A DNA stretch of 64,000 bases from the NCBI RefSeq assembly GCF_009914755.1, contig NC_060932.1, one strand, 5' to 3'. Both the position numbers and the translations under genes were made by a program. The DNA is from the human T2T-CHM13v2.0 reference genome, Homo sapiens. A model generated the notes under the pieces. It saw nothing but the letters and a program-made list of their open reading frames with translations, made no database searches and was not told where the DNA came from. Below are positions 1-14,971 of this stretch, piece after piece (position 1 is the stretch's first letter; each line of letters opens with the position of its first letter).

Positions 1-506
1 GACAAGCCGGAGACAGAAACCTTCCTCTTATCTCAACTGCAAAGAGGCCTCCCTCTTTCACTACTCCTCCTCAGCACAGACCCTTCACGGGTGTTGGGCT
101 GGGGGATGTAAGGTCTTTCCTTTCCCACAAGGCCATATCTCAGGCTGTCTCAGTGGGGGGAAACCTTGGTCAATACGCAGGCTTTCTTGGGCAGAGGTCC
201 CTGCGGCTTTCCGCAGTGCATTGTGTCCCTGGTTAATAGAGAATGGAGAATGGCGATGACTTTTACCAAGCATACTGCCTGCCAACAAATTGTTAACAAG
301 GCACATTCTGCACAGCCCTAAATCCCTTAAACCTTGATTCAATAGAGCATATGTTTCTGTGAGCACAGAGTTGGGGCTAAAGTTACAGATTAACAGCACC
401 TCAAAGCAGAACAATTTTTCCTAGTACAGATCAAAATGGAGTTTCTTATGTCTTCCTTTTCTATGTAGACACAGTAACAATCTGATCTGTCTTTCTTTTC
501 CCCACA
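1..506 (-). mobile_element. HERV-K(HML-2) LTR5A/B-type LTR, 5' part (truncated by window edge)
   Basis: Reverse complement starts TGTGGGGAAAAGAAAGACAGATCAGA, the HML-2 LTR start; body resembles LTR5/SVA SINE-R sequence. Confidence 0.85.
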
Positions 507-689
507 ACCTGCTTCCCCTTTGCCTTCTGCTATGATTGGAAACTTCCTGAGGCCTCCCGAGAAGCCAAGCAGATGCCAGCACTGTGCTTCCTGTACAGCC
601 TGCAATACCAAGAGCCAATTAAACCTCTTCTTTGTAATTTGCCCAGTCTTAGGTATTTCTTTACAACAACAAAAGAACAGACTATCACA
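507..689 (+). mobile_element. MaLR MST-type LTR, 3' part (interrupted by LTR5)
   Basis: cctgcttcccctttgccttctgctatgattgg...gagccaattaaacctcttctt...cagactatcaca is typical of an MST 3' end. Confidence 0.75.
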
Positions 690-848
690 ACAGGCAAGAG
701 TCAAAATTTTCTTGTCTCAGTTCCCTTGGAGAACAGTAATTATATATTTATAGTGGTTGTTATGGTGATTTATGCCAACAAAAGGGCACTTGACTAATAA
801 TTTCTTTTTTTTTTTCTGAGAATATCTCGCTCCAGATTGACTAATAAC

Positions 849-1170
849 TTCCTAGAAAACTACCATGCTTAAGATAAAATCCAAGCTCTTCTGCAGTGCC
901 ACTCCCAGAATTGTTTATCCTGTCACTGCAGGAGTGAGCTGGGCTGGGTCTGAGATCTTATGTCCCAGGGAGAAATGCTCCCCGCACCGCCCCAGGGGGA
1001 CCCCAAGGGTCCTGGGAGTTGGAAACGAAAGTTGACCCATGGTGGTTCTGAGTTCCTGCCTCTGAGTCAATAGGCAAAGCAAGGGGCTGTGCCATCCTAG
1101 CTGGGGCTGTTTTCAACTCACCAAGGAAGCGAGCTGGCCCCGCTCCCATGGGGTGTGGGGAATTGTCTCT
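849..1170. promoter_or_regulatory. Candidate interferon-responsive element cluster
   Basis: TTCCTAGAA (GAS, 849-857), GGAAACGAAAGT (ISRE/EICE-like, 1021-1032) and TGAGTCA (AP-1, 1063-1069) in non-repeat DNA. Motif evidence only. Confidence 0.35.
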
Positions 1171-1301
1171 GGGCTCAAGGCTCTCTCTCATCTCTTACGT
1201 CTCCCACATCCAAGGGAAAAAGTTAATGGGAACCAGAGCCCCTAGAAAGAGACAAGGCTGCGGAAAGTCCAGACGCTTCCGCAGTGAGGGCTTAGTCACC
1301 C

Positions 1302-1888
1302 TGTAACTGAGTGGCTGGTCTTCAAAATGCATTTTTAAACTTGTTTCCTTTCTCTTGGGTTTCAAGATATAACCTTGAAGCAAACTGCAGAAGCCTTTTC
1401 CCTTAGCCTTGAAATACACTCCTCATCCCTCCCTTTCTCACCGTAAATACTCTCTCAAAGTTCTCTGTCCATTAGTATCTAATTATGTGCCTTCTTAGAA
1501 GTGCCGCAGGCTAATCTTGAGACAGACAGGCCAAGCCTGGGGACCCAGCCGCAAAATTCCAGAGATGACTTCAAAGCGGGTAATTAACAGCCCGGCCATA
1601 GTTGCGATGATGCCAGCCCGTGCTCCAGGTGAACTGGGACCCAAGACAGCCACCAGGACGGGACACACAGGCGCTGTGCTCAGCACGATTCCTGCATGCC
1701 TTCCATATCCAGCTTTCCATTTGTGAACCTTTGCCTTTCCCCCCACATTTGAAGTGGTTGCTCTGGGTCAGAATCCAGCTACTTCCTTTCACTAGTCTTG
1801 GCTAATGAAGTCTCTTGCTTTCTACCGGCCCCTGCTCTTGTTAATCAGACTCCGCAAGCAGAGAACACCTGAACCTGTGGCGTCTACA
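1302..1888 (+). mobile_element. ERV1-class solo LTR (family uncertain)
   Basis: Begins TGTAACTGAG and ends ...TACA; its 5' end resembles the inverted LTR at 44473-45054. Confidence 0.55.
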
Positions 1889-2007
1889 AGCCCACCAGTA
1901 AAGAGCCCTTTCCTGAGGACAAAATACACGTGAATGAACAGGGGACAGGGGATGTTACAGCGGCCGCACCCAGCGTCGTGGGAAGCCCCAGGCATTAGGG
2001 TCCGGCA

Positions 2008-2837
<830 letters not shown>

Positions 2838-3024
2838 GCAGTTGCCCTATGTTTTTATGTATTATTTCATTTCTTCTCTCACTCCTCCTCTACCCTATTA
2901 TTTTATACAGGGACTGATGTTGTAAATTAACAGACTTAGTATTTATGTTACACAGTATTCTAACAGGACTGGCTGGCTTCCCAGAGCACACACTTTCACC
3001 CAGAAAGAGATCGTATTGATCAGA

Positions 3025-3092
3025 GTGTGGTGGGGAAAGGAAGGTCACTTGTTTTTACGTGTGGTGGGGAAAGGAAGGTCACTTGTTTTTAC
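3025..3092. repeat. 34-bp perfect tandem duplication
   Basis: gtgtggtggggaaaggaaggtcacttgtttttac x2. Confidence 0.9.
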
Positions 3093-3110
3093 ATGTGATG
3101 GAATAAAGGG

Positions 3111-3294
3111 TGGAATATAGACTCAGGAGGCGGCATGGCTGGCGGAAGACCCGGCATGGAATACAGACTCAGGAGGCGGCATGGCTGGCGGAAGACCCGG
3201 CATGGAATACAGACTCAGGAGGCGGCATGGCTGGCGGAAGACCCGGCATGGAATACAGACTCAGGAGGCGGCATGGCTGGCGGAAGACCCGGCA
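3111..3294. repeat. 46-bp minisatellite, 4 near-perfect copies
   Basis: tggaatacagactcaggaggcggcatggctggcggaagacccggca at 3111, 3157, 3203 and 3249. Confidence 0.95.
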
Positions 3295-3394
3295 GCATGG
3301 ATGTTGGGGAAGCTGTCCCCACAGTGAGAAGACTTGATGGTGGACATGTCAGCTTAAAGCACCCAAGAAGAGGTCTCAAACGTTCTCCTGGCAG

Positions 3395-3745
3395 CAGTGG
3401 TCAGAGGGCTATGGGATAGAGGGGAGGGATGAGTGGGTGGAGCAAGGGGATTTTTAAGGCCCTGAAACGATTCTGCAACATTGTAATGGTGGACGCATGA
3501 TGTTATGGATTTGTCAAAACCCGCAGAATATACAACACAAAGAGTGAGCCCTGGTGTAAGCTATAAACTTGTGTTAATAACCACGTATCAATATCGGTTT
3601 ATCCATTGTACCACATGAATGCAAAGTGTGATTAATAGGAGAAATGTGAGACAGGGCAGGATACACGGGAACCCTCTGTACTATCTTCTCGATTTTCTAT
3701 AAAGCCAAAACTGCTCAAAGAAATAGAGTCTATTGATAAATAAAT
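3395..3745 (+). mobile_element. L1MC-type 3' end fragment
   Basis: tttgtcaaaacccgcagaatatacaacacaaagagtgagccct...ctctgtactatctt is typical of the L1MC 3' UTR. Confidence 0.7.
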
Positions 3746-4134
3746 AAGTTTTCCTGGAAGCCGCTGCAATCCCCAAGGTCCCCAAACAGCTTCCACCCAC
3801 TGTCACTCTCTACAGCAAACAGCATCCCCACAAGCTCGCAGGAGGACGTCTGTGAGGTTCCCGTCTACGCACGTGCCCGGCTTCAGCGACCCCAGGAAAG
3901 GAGGGTCTCCGCTTAATCTTCCAAGATCTACGGGAGTTTCCCTTAGAAAACTCTAATTCAGAGCCACACGGGAGGGAGTCTGGTGGTTCTTCAGAAGAGG
4001 GTGTGCTGGGTTCAAGGTTACAACAGAAAATCCAGCACCATCCACCCCAAAGTCAACACACCATCTAACACAACCTCCCTTCACATTTACCCTCTGAAAA
4101 GAATGTGGCACCCCCATGCTTCCTCCTGACATTG

Positions 4135-7100
4135 CAGTTGGCAGCAATTCCTCTCAGCTTTTATTTATCTGAAAAAATGCCTTTATTTTGCCCTCATTTG
4201 TGAGGGAAATTTTAAATAGTATCAGAATCCAAGTTGGTAATTTGATTTCTTACCAGTGTCTGCTTCTGGCTTCCGAAGTTCCTGTTTGAGAAGACAGCCG
4301 TCATTCTGGGGGTTCCTGTTTGAGGAGACAGCCGTCGTCCTCGGGGTCCCTGTTTGAGGAGACAGCCGTCGTCCCTGGGGTTCCTGTTTGAGGAGACAGC
4401 CGTCGTCCTCGGGGTCCCTGTTTGAGGAGACAGCCGTCGTCCCCGGGGTTCCTGTTTGAGGAGACAGCCGTCGTCCTCGGGGTCCCTGTTTGAGGAGACA
4501 GCCGTCGTCCCCGGGGTTCCTGTTTGAGGAGACAGCCGTCGTCCTCGGGTCCCTGTTTGAGGAGACAGCCGTCGTCCCCGGGGCTCCTGTTAGAGAAGAC
4601 AGCCGTCGTCCTCGGGGTTCCTGTTTGAGGAGACAGCCGTCGTCCTCGGGATTCCTCTTTGAGGAGACAGCCGTCGTCCTCGTGGTCCCTGTTTGAGGAG
4701 ACAGCCGTCGTCCTCGGGATTCCTGTTTGAGGAGACAGCCGTCCTCCCCGGGGTCCCTGTTTGAGGAGACAGCCGTCGTCCTCGGGATTCCTGTTTGAGG
4801 AGACAGCCGTCGTCCTCGTGGTCCCTGTTTGAGGAGACAGCCGTCGTCCTCGGGGTTCCTGTTTGAGGAGACAGCCGTCGTCCTCGGGGTTCCTGTTTGA
4901 GGAGACAGCCGTCGTCCCCGGGGTCCCTGTTTGAGGAGACAGCCGTCGTCCTCGGGGTCCCTGTTTGAGGAGACAGCCGTCGTCCCCGGGGTCCCTGTTT
5001 GAGGAGACAGTCGTCGTCCTCGGGATTCCTGTTTGAGGAGACAGCCGTCGTCCTCGGGGTTCCTGTTTGAGGAGACAGCCGTCGTCCCCGGGGTCCCTGT
5101 TTGAGGAGACAGCCGTCGTCCTCGGGATTCCTGTTTGAGGAGACAGCCGTCGTCCTCGTGGTCCCTGTTTGAGGAGACAGCCGTCGTCCCCGGGGTCCCT
5201 GTTTGAGGAGACAGCCGTCGTCCCCGGGGTCCCTGTTTGAGGAGACAGCCGTCGTCCTCGGGGTTCCTGTTTGAGGAGACAGCCGTCGTCCCCGGGGTCC
5301 CTGTTTGAGGAGACAGCCGTCGTCCTCGGGGTCCCTGTTTGAGGAGACAGCCGTCGTCCCCGGGGTTCCTGTTTGAGGAGACAGCCGTCGTCCTCGGGGT
5401 TCCTGTTTGAGGAGACAGCCGTCGTCCCCGGGGTTCCTGTTTGAGGAGACAGCCGTCGTCCTCGGGGTTCCTGTTTGAGGAGACAGCCGTCGTCCCCGGG
5501 GCTCCTGTTCGAGGAGACAGCCGTCGTCCTCGGGGTTCCTGTTTGAGGAGACAGCCGTCATTCTTGGGGTCCCTGTTTGAGGAGACAGCTGTCGTCCTCG
5601 GGGTCCCTGTTCGAGGAGACAGCCGTCGTCCCCGGGGCTCCTGTTCGAGGAGACAGCCGTCATCCTCGGGGTTCCTGTTTGAGGAGACAGCCGTCATCCC
5701 CGGGGCTCCTGTTTGAGAAGACAGCCATCATCCTCGGGGTCCCTGTTTGAGGAGACAGCCGTCGTCCTCGGGGTTCCTGTTTGAGGAGACAGCCGTCATC
5801 CCCGGGGCTCCTGTTTGAGGAGACAGCCGTCGTCCCCGGGGCTCCTGTTTGAGAAGACAGCCATCGTCCTCGGGGTCCCTGTTTGAGGAGACAGCCGTCG
5901 TCCTCGGGGCTCCTGTTTGAGAAGACAGCCATCATCCTCATGGTCCCTGTTTGAGGAGACAGCCGTCATCCCCGGGGCTCCTGTTTGAGAAGACAGCCAT
6001 CATCCTCGGGGTTCCTGTTCGAGGAGACAGCCGTTGTCCCCAGGGCTCCTGTTTGAGGAGACAGCCGTCGTCCTCGGGATTCCTGTTTGAGGAGACAGCC
6101 ATCGTCCCCGGGGTCCCTGTTTGAGGAGACAGCCGTCGTCCCCGGGGTCCCTGTTTGAGGAGACAGCCGTCGTCCCCGGGGTCCCTGTTTGAGGAGACAG
6201 CCATCGTCCCCGGGGTTCCTGTTTGAGGAGACAGCCATCATCCTCGTGGTCCCTGTTTGAGGAGACAGCCGTCGTCTCCAGGGTCCCTGTTTGAGGAGAC
6301 AGCCGTCGTCCCCGGGGTCCCTGTTTGAGGAGACAGCCGTCGTCCCCGGGGTTCTCTAGTGCTAAGGTGTTTTTTTCTCCTGGCTGCAGCTAACATTTTT
6401 CTCTTTTCCTTTAGTTTCAGCAGTTTGATTATGATGTGACTAAATATGGTTTTCTCCAGTTTTATACTTCATGGAGTTTGATAAGCCTATTGAATCTTGG
6501 GTTAATGTCTCTTACCAATTTTGGAAAATTGGCTATTATCCATCAAAATAATATTGCTCCTATCCCATTCTCACCCTTCTCCTGGGATTCCAATACACGT
6601 TAGACAGTTGGATCAGTACCATATGGCCCTCTTCTCTCTGTCTCTGTCTCTCTCTGTGCATGTGTGTATGTGGGTGTGTGTGTTTGTGTACTTTTAATTC
6701 TATCTTTTCTCTGTGCTTTATTTTGGATAATTTCTATGGACCTGTCTGAAACTTCATCAATCCTTTTTGCTACTATATGTTTAGTCTGCTCTTAAGCCCA
6801 TCCAATGAGTTCTTAATTTCAGGTATTATATTAATTGGTTAATATAATAAACACTTATTTTTATTATTTATTTTATTTTTAATAACAAATAATGAGCACC
6901 TACTTTCATAGCTTTCATCTCTCTGTTGAAATTCTCCATCTTTTCATCCATTTTGTTCATCCTTTCCTCCATCTCATTTCATGTATTTACAAGAATATTG
7001 TAAAGCATTTGTCTGCTAATTCTTTCATCTGGGTTATCTGTGCATCTGCTTCTATTGAATAGCTTATCTCTTGGTTGAAAATCACACTCTCCTGTAATTC

Positions 7101-7150
7101 TTATAATTTTTGGTAGTGTGCTAGAAATTATATGCAAAAGAACCAAGAAA
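4135..7150 (-). mobile_element. Old L1M fragment (antisense), split by the 34-bp VNTR
   Basis: T-rich L1-like sequence on both sides (cagcttttatttatctgaaaa...; cagcagtttgattatgatgtg...) that runs continuously through the repeat unit. Confidence 0.6.
4278..6354. repeat. 34-bp CpG-rich VNTR, about 61 copies
   Basis: Unit ggggt(t/c)cctgtttgaggagacagccgtcgtcc(t/c)c; period 34 measured (4321 to 4355). Source of the 491-aa and 357-aa repetitive ORFs. Confidence 0.97.
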
Positions 7151-7755
7151 CATCAGTCTCTCCCCGCAGGTAGAGCTCTGCCGATGACTAACCCGCCCTC
7201 AGCACCATTCAGCTCCACTGCGAGAAAGGGGCCCCCCAAGACTGGCAGTTCCTTCAGATTTGCACCCACCATTTTCCAATGCATTTGAAAGAAATGATAA
7301 TTTTTGTACATAATTCCATTTTTTCTCATTGTTGAAATAGAAAGGTTGGCTTCACACTCTTTCCTCATGCTAACTGGACGTGAAAATCTTGTCTTTTTGC
7401 ATTACAAAATCTGGGAGTTATTTGTCATTATGACTCATTTTTTTCATTTACATTATTCATCTGTGGATCTTTTTTCCTTATTCAGTCTTGCCAGATATTT
7501 GTCTAATTTTTGTTCCTTCAAACACACAGCCATGGCTGTGCTGATTTTTCTGTTTTGTTAATAGGCATTCTCAGTCCTGTCTCTTTTCTTCAGTTGAGTT
7601 TTGAAATGTGGAGGTTGGACCCTGAGCTTGCTAACTTCAGGCTTCCCACCAGTTTCCCCCTAATAACTCCAGCATTGATCACCTAAGAAAAAAGTCTCCC
7701 TCCTACTCACCAAATATCACTCTAATGGCTGAGAACATTATTAATTCAAAAATAA

Positions 7756-8099
<344 letters not shown>

Positions 8100-9854
8100 T
8101 CAGGTACAGCTTTTACTGCAGCCCAATAGTTTTGATAGTAGTATCTTAGTTTTAATCATTTCTAGGTATTTTAATTTCCAATATGACTTCTTCTTTAACT
8201 GTGGTTTATTAGAATAGTGGTTTTCAATGTTTTAACATGTGTAACTATGTCACTGATGCTTTTGTTATGAACGTCTGTGCTGGGTCAGAGAATATTGTCA
8301 GTGTGGTAAATGTGTCAGTTTGAAAATGATAACAAAATCCTTGCTCACTGTTGCCTTGAAAAAAAATGAAAATGATAACAATCTGTACCTTTAGGACAAA
8401 ATGAAAGTACCGGACTCTCTGGTTCAAGAGCTCCCTGGTGCCTGTGTGTTTGACTGATTTTGTGAACCAGAAGGATTGTGCGCCGGGGAGACCATTCAGG
8501 CTTACTGATGTCACTAAACCCAAAGTCAGAAACAGAATACAATTGCACACAGCTGTCCGTCTAAGAAAGACAGCACCTGATGAATTGCTCAGGCACAGGG
8601 AGTGAGGGGCCAGAGTGTGAGGCCCCCACTGCTGACCCAATTCTCTCAGCACCCCCACACCTCTCTGGGGTGCCACTGTTGTTCCTCCTGGGAGCCCTGT
8701 CAGCAGCAGAGAGGGGTCTCGCTGGGGACGCCCAGACACCTATCCCCAGATTAAGACAGGGCAAGGAGAAGACCTGTTCCCAGGGAGAGCTGTGCATGGA
8801 GCCCCCAAGGCAGGGCCAGGAACTGGAGTGTGAAAGAAGCCAAGTCACCAAAACTATGTAGAGTCAAAAGGGCTAAAGCTCCACAGCCCTAAGAATCAGA
8901 CACTCAAACCAGGGTTCCACATGGCAAGGGGAGGAGAAAGGCAAGCAAGTTATGACCTGGGCAGAGCCAGGAGGGGCGAGCAAGAAACTGGCCAGGCCCT
9001 ACACGTGTGCCTGGGGCAAATGGTTACGATCTGAGCTTCCCAACAGCCAAGGTGAGAAGGAAAAAGGGTCAGAGGTATAAGTGTAGCGGGAGCACGATGA
9101 TCTTCAGTGTCAACAATTCAGCCTGGCAGTCCATAGCAAGAGCACAGGGATGGAGACTGTGGGACTCATTCAGGACACCACTCGGGGAGGCCTCTGGACA
9201 TCACGCCAAGATCCCCTTCACTGGAAAAATTCCACAGTGTGTTTCCGTCCGTGCCTACGCCGGGGTTGGCGCACATACCCACACAGCAGCTTGCTGGCAC
9301 CCAGCTCTCTGACAGTGAATACAATAAGGGCAGGAAGGAAGGTCATCCACTTCATCTAAACAGGAAGCTTGCACATTTTCCTGATTGAGATCTACACTTT
9401 AAAAAGTTAATAAATATATCCACACCCAAAACACTGACACACATAACATTTACGTAACATATTCACATAGATTTATAACCGATAAACATATTTACAACAT
9501 AAAACATAAATATAAAATATGAAATAAAATACCAAACATACTTATAACACATATATTTGTATATCTAAAACATTATATACACACATATATACACAAGCAA
9601 AAATATATAAGCATAAATAAAACACATTTTTATTTAAATTACTTTCTTCATTAAAATATATGTGTCCTAATTGTGCATAATGTACTCTGATCTTTATTAT
9701 TCAATTCAATTCTATTCTTTCATCTTCTAGAACATACAAACATGGTTCCTATTCACCAGCTGGGTTTTATGACCCGGGCTCCTTGGACAGCGCTGCTCCC
9801 AGCACCGCTCAGAAGCAGTGCAGAGTGCAGGCCGAGGCTCCGTGCGGCTGAGCC

Positions 9855-10120
9855 GGGCTTGAATTCAGCCCTCTACCTATTACCTGGGTGATCCTGAATC
9901 AGGGCAACAACCATCCTGGTTTGCCCAGCACCGAGGGCTTCCCAGGTCGCAGGACTTTGGTGCTAAAATTGGGACATTGATCCCCCATCATGAAGCCAAC
10001 TCCTCAGGTCTCTGTTCCATTTTATTATTTTTAGAATTGGACTTATTGTACCCACCTCCTAGGATTGAAATCAGGCCAGAAATGAAGAATGTTGATAGAA
10101 TAAACACTTGACAAACGTCA
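9855..10120. mobile_element. MIR fragment with an inserted MER81-like hAT MITE (about 9901-9976)
   Basis: MIR-like gaattcagccctctacctattacctgggtgatc.../gtacccacctcctaggattg flanks agggcaacaaccatcctggtttgcccag...gctaaaattgggaca. Confidence 0.5.
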
Positions 10121-13100
10121 CTGGGGCCTGTGGGCTGTGCTCGTACAGGCCTCTCTGCTGCCAGATGTACACTGGCTCACACACCTGGACAGGTGTTGGA
10201 GTCTGGGGCCAGCGGGGTGGGGGCTCCTGACAGAGACCACCAGGAACAAGCAAGCCCTTAACAAGGAGGTGGCCTTGCCTCTCCTGGGCAACTGCAGGAC
10301 CAAGTCAGGGAACCGTGGAGGCGAAGACCGCAGAGCCATGCCCCCGCCCTCAGACCCAAATCTTTGCTCTGGGCTGTTTTGAAGCCTGTCCATGAACTGT
10401 ACTCATTCCAGGGGTGCCTCCAGGAACAGCCACAGGCTGTGCCCGCCAGGGAGCTGGAGTGATACGTGATGGGGATAACTGCATGACCCAGCAAAGTATC
10501 CTGGGAACACCAGGCCTGCACCCGCCCACCCTGCTGACCACAGGCTGACTGACCCTTTCCCGTCCCTGGTTAGTCCCCACCACCTCCAGGGGCTGCTGTG
10601 TCTGGGAGTTAATTCATGAAGGAGAGAAGAAATGAGGCCAGGAGCACAGCTGGATGCAGTACTGAGGAACTTGGTCAGCCCTGGGGAGGGCCAGTCCCTT
10701 CTCGTGAGCACTGAAAGCTGTGTGGCTCCGAGCACGGCCCTCTCGGCCGTGGCTGCCCCAACACCCTGTCATCAGCCACAGGCTCAGATGAGTCTCTGCA
10801 GATCCCTCAGCCACTTCCTTTGAGACCTGTGTGTTCCTTCCAGCCTCCAACCTCCAACTACCACCTGGACTCCTTTATTGCATGTGCCTCCAATGCCGAT
10901 GTTCTTTTGATTTTTCTTTTTGATTTTTGACTCTGCAGATTTCACAGTGCCAAATTCATTCAAATCAATCACAGTGAGAATGGCAAATGAAAAAATGCAC
11001 ATGATAAACAAATTGCATATGGCCCCTCCCCTCCAAACAACTTCCATCCCGTGCCCTCTAAGCCCACCCCCAAAACAGCCCTGATCCACACACAGGCTGG
11101 GCGGCAGAAAGGGCTGGAGCATCAGAGGACAAAGGGAGCAGAGGACGCTGAGCCCGGACAGGCAGGGGTCAGAGGGCAGGGCCCGTCTGGGGCATCCCTA
11201 GAGAATGCACCAGGGGAAACAGGAACGGGACAGTCCTGCTGGGTGGGCCACTATGTGGACGCAGGGGAAATGGCCCCACCTGGCTGCACACTCACTCTCC
11301 GACTGGCACTTTCTCTCCCAGCAGCCGTTACTGGAAAGGCCACAGCAGGGGAGGGGCTTGCTGGTCTGCAGTGCGGGAGAGGATGCGGAGGCCCTGGAGG
11401 TGGTGGGCAGCAGTCACGCTGGGGCCAGGGGCAGCCCTTCCCAACCACCTTATGGGTAGCAGTTACCCCTTTCTTCTTTCCGAGACCTACCTCCTGCAAG
11501 ACCCCTGAGGGCAGGTGACTGGGCCGGTTCACTGCTGCAGACCCAGGGTCCAGCCCTGCTTGTCATCATACATGCTCAAAAGGATGTCATTCAGGAAATG
11601 AAGGCAGGAAGCAGAAAAGAGCAAACCTGACACGGGGTGAAAGCTGTGTGACCACCTGGGCTGGAGGGAAGGGCTCCGAGGAGGAAAGTGGCTCGGTGGT
11701 CCTCCAGACTGAGGACAGCATTTCCTGACATCACCTGGGTCCGGCAGGGCCCTGTGCCCCCGGTGAGGCGGGAGAGGGTGTGACAGTACCTCCGGAGGGG
11801 AGAGCTGGGTGCCCACCAACCGGGATGTCCATGCTGTTGGGTTCCAGCGGCCCAGTGAGAACACGGGTCAACTCCCTTGGCTCCCGGGGAAAAAACAGAA
11901 TAAAGAATAGGACCAAGGGAAGACTCAGTGTAGGAGGCAGATGAGTCTAGTGAGGAGGGCGCAGGTCTATGCTATGACGGGGGCGGCCTCACACTCTGCA
12001 TCCAGGACCTACATGGGGCCGAGCAGATGCTGCAAAAGAAATTGGAACCACAGCCTCCAACGGGCCCAGGGACGCTTTAGCACTCGACAGACCCGGCTGG
12101 GCCCCAGCCTCACCTGTGGGAGGACGAAGTGTGGGAGGACAGAGCTGGGAGGCAGCCTGCACAGGAGCCGTTTTTCCAGGGCACCAGTCTTCAAAGGCCG
12201 GGACTCAGCTCCCTGCAGGTCCCAGAAATTTGGCAGGAGTCCTGGAGCTGCAGCTCCCAACCCCTGCGGCAGCTCCAGGCTCCTGTAAGGCTATGGGAGC
12301 ACTGGGCGACTGAGCCAGCCTGAGGGGCCCCTGGAGGCGCCTGCCCTTCTCCTCCCTTCTCCCCTCCTCCCAGGCCACCCCTGCCAGGGGAAAGCGCTCC
12401 AAGCACTCTAGAAAGAACGAAGATTATGTGCCTGTGGCCTAACCATCCCCGCCAACCTCATTTGCCCTTAACTATGCTCCTTCCTGGATCTGCCTGGCCG
12501 GCTCCTGTTCCATCTCAGGTTGTCCAAACCTCACCTGCGCCCCAGGGTCCCTACTCCGCCTCCTCCCTCTCCCTCCTCCTCCGCTTTGAAGCCTCTTCCC
12601 TCCCCCGTCTGCTTCCAAATCCAGACCACTCCTGCCCCACCCCAGGGAAAGGGTCGTCCCGCCCTCCGCGCCCTTTGAGGTGCTCAGGGCCCTCTGGGTC
12701 TCCTTCAGCCTCCGTGGGTCCCTGAGTCAGGAACCAAATCTGGCCCCACGTTCCCCAAGGCGCGGAGGCTGGGATCCGTGATTGGGGTTGACCCCCTCCT
12801 CCCCGGCCTCGGGCTATTTTCCGCAGGAGGCCGCTGCAGGCAGACGCTGAGGCCCTCGGGGACCCCGGAGCCGCCCCAGTACAAGAGCCCCGAGGAGGGG
12901 CTGGCCGGTCCCGCCCCCTCGGTCCCAGGGCTGACTCCTCCTCCAGGACGCAGATCCCTGCAGCCCGGCAGGAGAGAAGGTGCTGGGAGAGGGGTCCGGA
13001 CTGTGGGCCGGGGGCTGGGATGAGGGTCGGGCGAGAACGGGCTCCGAGGGTTTAGAAAGAGAGATTGGAAGGGGGACCAAAGGCAGAGGGCCCAGGGAGA

Positions 13101-13322
13101 GGGAATGCGGGGAAGGGAGGAGAGCGAGCGTCGGGAGCAGGAGCCTGGGGGTGGGGGTTGCCCTCGGTGAAGCCCAGTCCAGGAGCGCAGGAGGCTGGAG
13201 GTGGGGGACGTCCTGGGTGAAGCCGCGTCCGGGAGCGCAGGAGGCTAGTGTGGGATGGGGGGTGCGTCCTGAGTAAAGCCCCGTCCGGGAGCAGGAAGCT
13301 GGGGAGGGGGCTCTCTGGGTGA

Positions 13323-13820
<498 letters not shown>

Positions 13821-14039
13821 TGAATTTTGACTTTTTTCTCCTCCATTTGAAGTGTCACTAGGAACTGTCAGCAGGACAAAGGCTCTGATGTCACTGAATT
13901 TACAAAGACAGCAGGAACACACGGGTGGGGATGGGCAGCTGTTCGAGGCGATGGGTTATCTGCCCTTCCTGGCACAGCACAGTACACCTGCCATACAACC
14001 CAGCATCAGGCAGGCTGCACTGGAATCGATACAGTGTAT

Positions 14040-14185
14040 GACAATGTCATATAGTATAACACAACATAATGAATATAACGTGTATATTGCAACTTAATAT
14101 AATACGATGTAATATAATGCTACATAATACAACATAATATAATAAAATAGAATGCAACACAACACACCGTAACACTCTATGACAC
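14040..14185. repeat. AT-rich degenerate pentamer low-complexity tract in a LY6L intron
   Basis: ataat/acaac/ataac repeats. Confidence 0.7.
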
Positions 14186-14371
14186 ATAAGGGCGATTGAT
14201 TCCACCCAAGCTCTTTTCTCAACAGTTTGGGTTTTGATGCTGTGCATCTCTTCAGGGGTTCCATGGTTGTTGACAGACACATCCGTCAGAAAGTCTCTGC
14301 CATGTCTTTAAGTGAGCAGTACAGAGAAACGAGCCCAGGGCTGGGCACCCAGCCCAGCAGGTTCTCCGTGA

Positions 14372-14971
<600 letters not shown>

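Noticed and set aside
4222-6241. 491-aa, 357-aa and related minus-strand ORFs as protein genes
   Set aside because: They come entirely from a 34-bp VNTR; the same peptide cycles through all frames and there is no domain or splice support.
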